Program-made: the position numbers and the translations under genes | Notes under the pieces: generated by a model | Seen by the model: only the letters and a program-made list of their open reading frames with translations | Told to the model about the DNA's origin: nothing | The model's database searches: none | In this document: piece after piece, positions 14,201 through 17,216 of the stretch | Position numbering within the stretch: the first letter of the stretch is position 1 | Layout: each line of letters starts with the position of its first letter | Source of the DNA: a virus | DNA: 17,216 nt | Strand: one strand, 5' to 3' | IMG/VR virus record: IMGVR_UViG_3300043172_001413

Positions 14201-14900
14201 GGGTGAGACAGGAGCGGGTGTAGCAGGAGAGACAGGAGTTCAAGGAGACACTGGTATAGGATCGTTTATTCAAATAGACCCTAATAATATAAATAGATAC
14301 GAAGTTGCAGACGGAGGTGGTGAAGAAGTATGGATTGTTTCAAGCTCAGCTACTTATTTATTAGTGCCCTGGACAAGAGCCAGTACAAGTTTAACAATTA
14401 CTCGAGCAGGACATGGCCATGTTACAGGAAATAGAATTATTGTCAGAAATTCTAATGTTGAATATCAGTCCACGCTTATAACATCATATAATGCAAATGA
14501 TTTTACAGTAACTACTGTAGATTCAGGAGCAACATCAGGCTCATCGGCGACCTATTTATTAGGTTTTTCTTTTAGTCATACCGGCATGCCTAAAACAGGT
14601 GGAACTTTAAGTGCTCCTATAGGAGATCATGCCGATGTGCAGCTTTTATCTATGAGGGTTCGTACTGGACCGAGAGCGGGTACAACTTATGACTTGGTAG
14701 TTCCGGCAAGTTCTCTTAATGGTGCAGGGGATAATACAAGTCTTGCGGATTGCTATATCCCTGATTTTAATGTTAGAACAGATTCTAATTCATTAGCTGC
14801 CATAGCAGCTACTATAGCCACAAATATCGGCGGTTCTTATACAACATTTAGATTTGGTAATTTAGGGTCGCTATCAAGATTTATTATACTCCAATTTTAA
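11208..14900 (+). CDS. Proline-free collagen-like (G-X-Y) fibre protein, 1230 aa: N-terminal head, collagen-like region 1 (~11340..12690), globular insert (~12691..13035), collagen-like region 2 (~13036..14265), C-terminal globular domain (~14266..14897); probable tail-fibre or surface-fibre protein
   Basis: AGGAG SD 6 nt before the ATG; hundreds of GETGVQG/GTQGETG/GAGIQG triplets with Thr/Gln at Y and no Pro; frequent G-X-G one-residue interruptions; non-repeat domains at both ends. Confidence 0.85.
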   Translation: MSKTKRKWICGVGDLPDTTQNYNAFQALRAEDIPYDPTLSIKDAIESGLTGVQGPTGATGTGIQGETGVAGIYGETGVQGQTGIGIQGETGVEGIQGQTGASGGGETGIQGETGVEGIQGQTGASGGGETGIQGETGVQGIAGQTGALGGGDTGVQGETGIQGIAGQTGAGIQGQTGAGIQGQTGIQGETGAGTQGETGIQGTQGSQGETGIQGYTGVQGETGVQGTQGETGVQGTQGETGVQGETGTGIQGETGVAGVAGETGVQGDQGETGVAGVAGETGVQGTQGETGVQGQTGAGIQGETGVQGTQGETGVQGETGTGIQGETGVQGTQGETGVQGETGTGIQGETGVQGDQGETGVQGEIGETGVQGDIGPQGPRGDQGETGVQGIQGIQGTTGVQGIQGVTGVQGETGIQGTQGNQGETGVEGIQGDTGIAGVAGVTGTQGSQGVTGVEGTQGDTGAGLQGVTGIQGIQGQTGVQGETGIEGETGIEGSQFVGFMYNALTNSQSDTDPGTGKLKWSTVGQTNAAELYVDDEDKNSIDYSSLYITLKNSDVIRVQRQENPKQFQIFKIDAVVDRTGWFRFEVSFIVSGGSVFSLNDNLILIFEISGPQGETGVAGETGVQGDTGVAGVAGETGVQGVQGIQGNQGETGVQGDTGAGVAGETGVQGDTGIGVAGETGVQGVQGETGVAGETGVQGTQGETGVQGQTGAGIQGETGVQGTQGETGSQGQTGAGIQGETGVQGTQGETGSQGQTGAGIQGETGVQGTQGETGSQGQTGAGIQGETGVQGTQGETGSQGQTGAGIQGETGIQGQTGIQGVTGETGVGIQGETGVQGTQGETGVQGQTGAGIQGETGIQGTQGVTGAGIQGETGVQGAQGDTGVQGAQGETGVQGQTGETGVQGETGVAGVAGETGVAGIQGETGSQGQTGVQGDTGIAGIAGETGVQGNQGIQGNQGETGVQGTQGETGSQGQTGAGIQGETGIQGQTGIQGVTGIQGETGAGVAGETGVQGDTGIGSFIQIDPNNINRYEVADGGGEEVWIVSSSATYLLVPWTRASTSLTITRAGHGHVTGNRIIVRNSNVEYQSTLITSYNANDFTVTTVDSGATSGSSATYLLGFSFSHTGMPKTGGTLSAPIGDHADVQLLSMRVRTGPRAGTTYDLVVPASSLNGAGDNTSLADCYIPDFNVRTDSNSLAAIAATIATNIGGSYTTFRFGNLGSLSRFIILQF
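13338..13682 (+). repeat. Five near-identical tandem copies of a 69-nt (23-aa GAGIQGETGVQGTQGETGSQGQT) unit inside fibre gene 1
   Basis: GGTGCTGGTATCCAGG recurs at 13338, 13407, 13476, 13545 and 13614 (period 69) with only synonymous or near-synonymous differences. Confidence 0.8.
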
Positions 14901-14915
14901 TGGTTTGGAAATAAA

Positions 14916-17216
14916 ATGGCTAGAATAATTAACGGTTCATTATATGTAGAACTGTATAATGCCACTGCGACTCCAGGTGAATATACTTTTTCTGATGCTA
15001 CGTTTAATAATCAAGCCGACGCTCTTGGCGAGGGTTCATTAAGTATTGATTCTGGCTATGTAATGTTTATTTCTTCTATAGATTCTATTTCTTTAGTTCC
15101 TATTCCTGGTGTTGCACATAGATATCAAATCACTTCTATTTCGGCTGCTGATGGTATTCATTTATCTGCTACTATTTTGTGGGATGAAGATGGTAGTGAA
15201 GTTGATAAACCTCAGAATCAAACATTTGCTCTTTTGACAGAGGATACTACAAATCTTAGTTATGGTTTACCTATATCAAGTGAAGTTTATGTTAATCTTC
15301 CTGGGGGTATAATAGAAGCCGCTTATAATGCAGATATAAGACACATTACAGATAAACTTAGTGGAATCACGGGTATCCAGGGAGAAACGGGTGTCCAGGG
15401 AGTTACTGGTGCCGGAACTTTTGGTACAACGGGTATCCAGGGAGAAACGGGTGTCCAGGGAGTTACTGGTGCCGGAACTTTTGGTACAACGGGAGTCCAG
15501 GGAGAAACGGGTGTCCAGGGCATTCAGGGCGGGACGGGTATTCAGGGGACCCAGGGTGATACCGGAGCTGGAATTCAGGGAGAGACAGGAGTTCAGGGAA
15601 CTCAGGGAGAGACAGGAGCTGGTATTCAGGGTGAAACAGGCGTAGCAGGTGTGGCCGGTGAAACAGGCATAGCTGGAGTTCAAGGAACTACTGGGGCAGG
15701 TATCCAGGGAGAGACAGGAGTAGCAGGTGTCCAGGGTCAGACGGGTGCTGGTATCCAGGGCGAGACCGGAGTTCAAGGAATTACTGGTGCTGGAACTTTT
15801 GGTACAACCGGTGTTCAGGGAGAAACGGGTGTTCAGGGGATACAGGGTCAGACGGGTGCTGGTATCCAGGGAGAGACAGGAGTAGCAGGTATCCAGGGTC
15901 AGACGGGTGCTGGTATCCAAGGAGAGACAGGAGTTCAAGGAGTTACTGGTGCTGGAACTTTTGGTACAACCGGTGTTCAGGGAGAAACGGGTGTTCAGGG
16001 GATACAGGGTCAGACGGGTGCTGGGATACAGGGAGAGACAGGAGTCCAGGGACAGACTGGTGCTGACGGTTCAACCGGCGAGCAGGGAGAGACGGGTGTC
16101 CAGGGAACACAGGGAGAGACAGGGATACAGGGTCAGACGGGTGCTGGGATACAGGGAGAGACAGGAGTCCAGGGAATTACCGGTGTTGGAACTTTCGGTA
16201 CAACAGGAGTTCAAGGAGAGACCGGTGTTCAAGGCATTCAGGGTCAGACGGGTGCTGGTATCCAGGGAGAGACAGGAGTTGCGGGTATTCAGGGAACTAC
16301 TGGTGCTGGTACTCAGGGAGAAACCGGAATCCAAGGTGAAACTGGTGCCATGGGTGGCGGTGATACAGGTATCCAGGGAGAAACGGGTGTCGCTGGAGTA
16401 GCAGGAGAGACAGGAATTCAAGGTACCCAGGGTGACCAGGGAGAGACAGGAGTACAGGGAACTCAAGGTGATCAGGGAGAGACCGGTGTTCAGGGAGTCC
16501 AGGGTCAGACGGGTGCGGGTATTCAAGGAGAAACAGGAGTCCAGGGTATCCAGGGAGAGACAGGTGTAGCAGGTGTAGCAGGTGAAACAGGTATCCAAGG
16601 TATTCAGGGAGTCACTGGCGTGCAAGGCATCCAGGGTGTGACTGGTGTTCAAGGTACTCAGGGTGACACGGGTGTACAGGGGATTCAGGGAGACACTGGG
16701 GTTCAGGGGACACAGGGCGACACAGGAGCCATGGGAACCCAAGGTGAAACGGGTGTGCAGGGTGTCCAGGGCGAGACAGGAGTGCAAGGAGATACTGGGG
16801 TCCAGGGAGATATTGGGGTCCAGGGAGAAACAGGAGTCCAGGGTGAAACGGGTGTCCAAGGGGAGCATGGTGAGGTTGCTGGAGCTCTTCTATATCTTCA
16901 TAACGAAGCTTCAGATATAGGTGGATATAAAGATCTGCGTGTAACAGTCCACGAAGGAGCCGAGGTCAAAGCAGATGCGACTGTGATCGGTGGCGGAGGT
17001 AATGTCGAAATTGCCCCTTTTGTTACACTCTCTACTTATCCCGGGGAAGGGATCTGGCCATATGGAGAATGGCTTTTAAAAACATATGCGAGCGTGAGCT
17101 CAGATGCCGGTGATTCGCGGGTAATAGCAACTGCTTACCGAAGGGATACGGACGGCACTGAATCATTTTTGTTTGATTCCACGACTACTGAGATCAGTGG
17201 GTTCTCTCCCGTTTTG
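14916..17216 (+). CDS. Second collagen-like fibre protein (partial, >767 aa; continues past window end): 148-aa N-terminal domain, long G-X-Y region with recurring GAGTFGTTG interruptions, start of a C-terminal globular domain from ~16870
   Basis: ATG 14916 lies 15 nt after the stop of fibre gene 1; frame open to the window end; not in the supplied ORF track because no stop occurs in the window. Confidence 0.8.
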   Translation, partial: MARIINGSLYVELYNATATPGEYTFSDATFNNQADALGEGSLSIDSGYVMFISSIDSISLVPIPGVAHRYQITSISAADGIHLSATILWDEDGSEVDKPQNQTFALLTEDTTNLSYGLPISSEVYVNLPGGIIEAAYNADIRHITDKLSGITGIQGETGVQGVTGAGTFGTTGIQGETGVQGVTGAGTFGTTGVQGETGVQGIQGGTGIQGTQGDTGAGIQGETGVQGTQGETGAGIQGETGVAGVAGETGIAGVQGTTGAGIQGETGVAGVQGQTGAGIQGETGVQGITGAGTFGTTGVQGETGVQGIQGQTGAGIQGETGVAGIQGQTGAGIQGETGVQGVTGAGTFGTTGVQGETGVQGIQGQTGAGIQGETGVQGQTGADGSTGEQGETGVQGTQGETGIQGQTGAGIQGETGVQGITGVGTFGTTGVQGETGVQGIQGQTGAGIQGETGVAGIQGTTGAGTQGETGIQGETGAMGGGDTGIQGETGVAGVAGETGIQGTQGDQGETGVQGTQGDQGETGVQGVQGQTGAGIQGETGVQGIQGETGVAGVAGETGIQGIQGVTGVQGIQGVTGVQGTQGDTGVQGIQGDTGVQGTQGDTGAMGTQGETGVQGVQGETGVQGDTGVQGDIGVQGETGVQGETGVQGEHGEVAGALLYLHNEASDIGGYKDLRVTVHEGAEVKADATVIGGGGNVEIAPFVTLSTYPGEGIWPYGEWLLKTYASVSSDAGDSRVIATAYRRDTDGTESFLFDSTTTEISGFSPVL
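15369..15530 (+). repeat. Tandem 60-nt repeat (two perfect copies plus one diverged copy) encoding TGIQGETGVQGVTGAGTFGT, inside fibre gene 2
   Basis: 15369..15428 and 15429..15488 are identical; the GGTGCTGGAACTTTTGGTACAAC (GAGTFGTT) element recurs again near 15787, 15946 and 16188. Confidence 0.8.

Noticed and set aside
13338-15530. Tandem direct repeats as a possible CRISPR array
   Set aside because: The repeats are contiguous with no unique spacers, lie in-frame inside protein-coding collagen-like genes, and encode the repeated peptide units.
11322-16920. Numerous long ORFs on both strands and in alternative frames inside the collagen-like genes (for example 11338..12345 -, 11479..11985 +, 12858..14273 -, 13339..13800 +, 15276..15938 -, 15907..16401 +, 16071..16868 -)
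   Set aside because: They are by-products of the 9-bp G-X-Y codon periodicity, which suppresses stop codons in several frames. Their translations are low-complexity (Leu/Ser/Arg-rich) mirror images of the real frame, they lack ribosome-binding sites, and they sit fully inside the two SD-preceded fibre genes.

Overview
Low-GC window with bacterial-type signals (GGAGG-like Shine-Dalgarno sequences, a TTGACA-17-TATATT sigma70 promoter, an intrinsic terminator), most consistent with a large phage, prophage or accessory region. It has three parts. (1) 1..6005 is a tightly packed minus-strand operon. Transcribed 5'->3' it encodes a small beta-grasp-like candidate ubiquitin-like protein, a 524-aa protein with a clear C-terminal vWA (MIDAS) domain and a long helical, basic N-terminal half (Ro60/TROVE-like architecture, not proven), a 286-aa protein with a UBC/E2-like H..G-ICL-D motif, a JAB/MPN metalloprotease (exact HxHx7Sx2D), a minimal ThiF/MoeB-type E1, then small basic and membrane proteins. 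This is a Ubl-E2-JAB-E1 conjugation cassette with an inserted vWA protein. (2) 6195..7392 is a divergently transcribed plus-strand non-coding RNA cluster: a canonical tRNA-Val(UAC), a second tRNA-like gene with an abnormal anticodon loop, a circularly permuted tRNA-like module whose anticodon arm carries UCA, and at least four other structured RNAs with GNRA/UUCG tetraloop hairpins. Every unit is preceded by a GCNTACAT motif, and the cluster is closed by a strong intrinsic terminator. (3) 7405..17216 encodes an 881-aa Zn-ribbon / SAM-methyltransferase / GT2 / TPR / GT9 multidomain glycosyltransferase, two small minus-strand genes (one with a C-terminal J-domain), and two very large tandem genes for proline-free collagen-like (G-X-Y) fibre proteins with near-identical internal tandem repeats. 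The second fibre gene runs off the window end. Many six-frame ORFs inside the collagen repeats and RNA cluster are artefacts.
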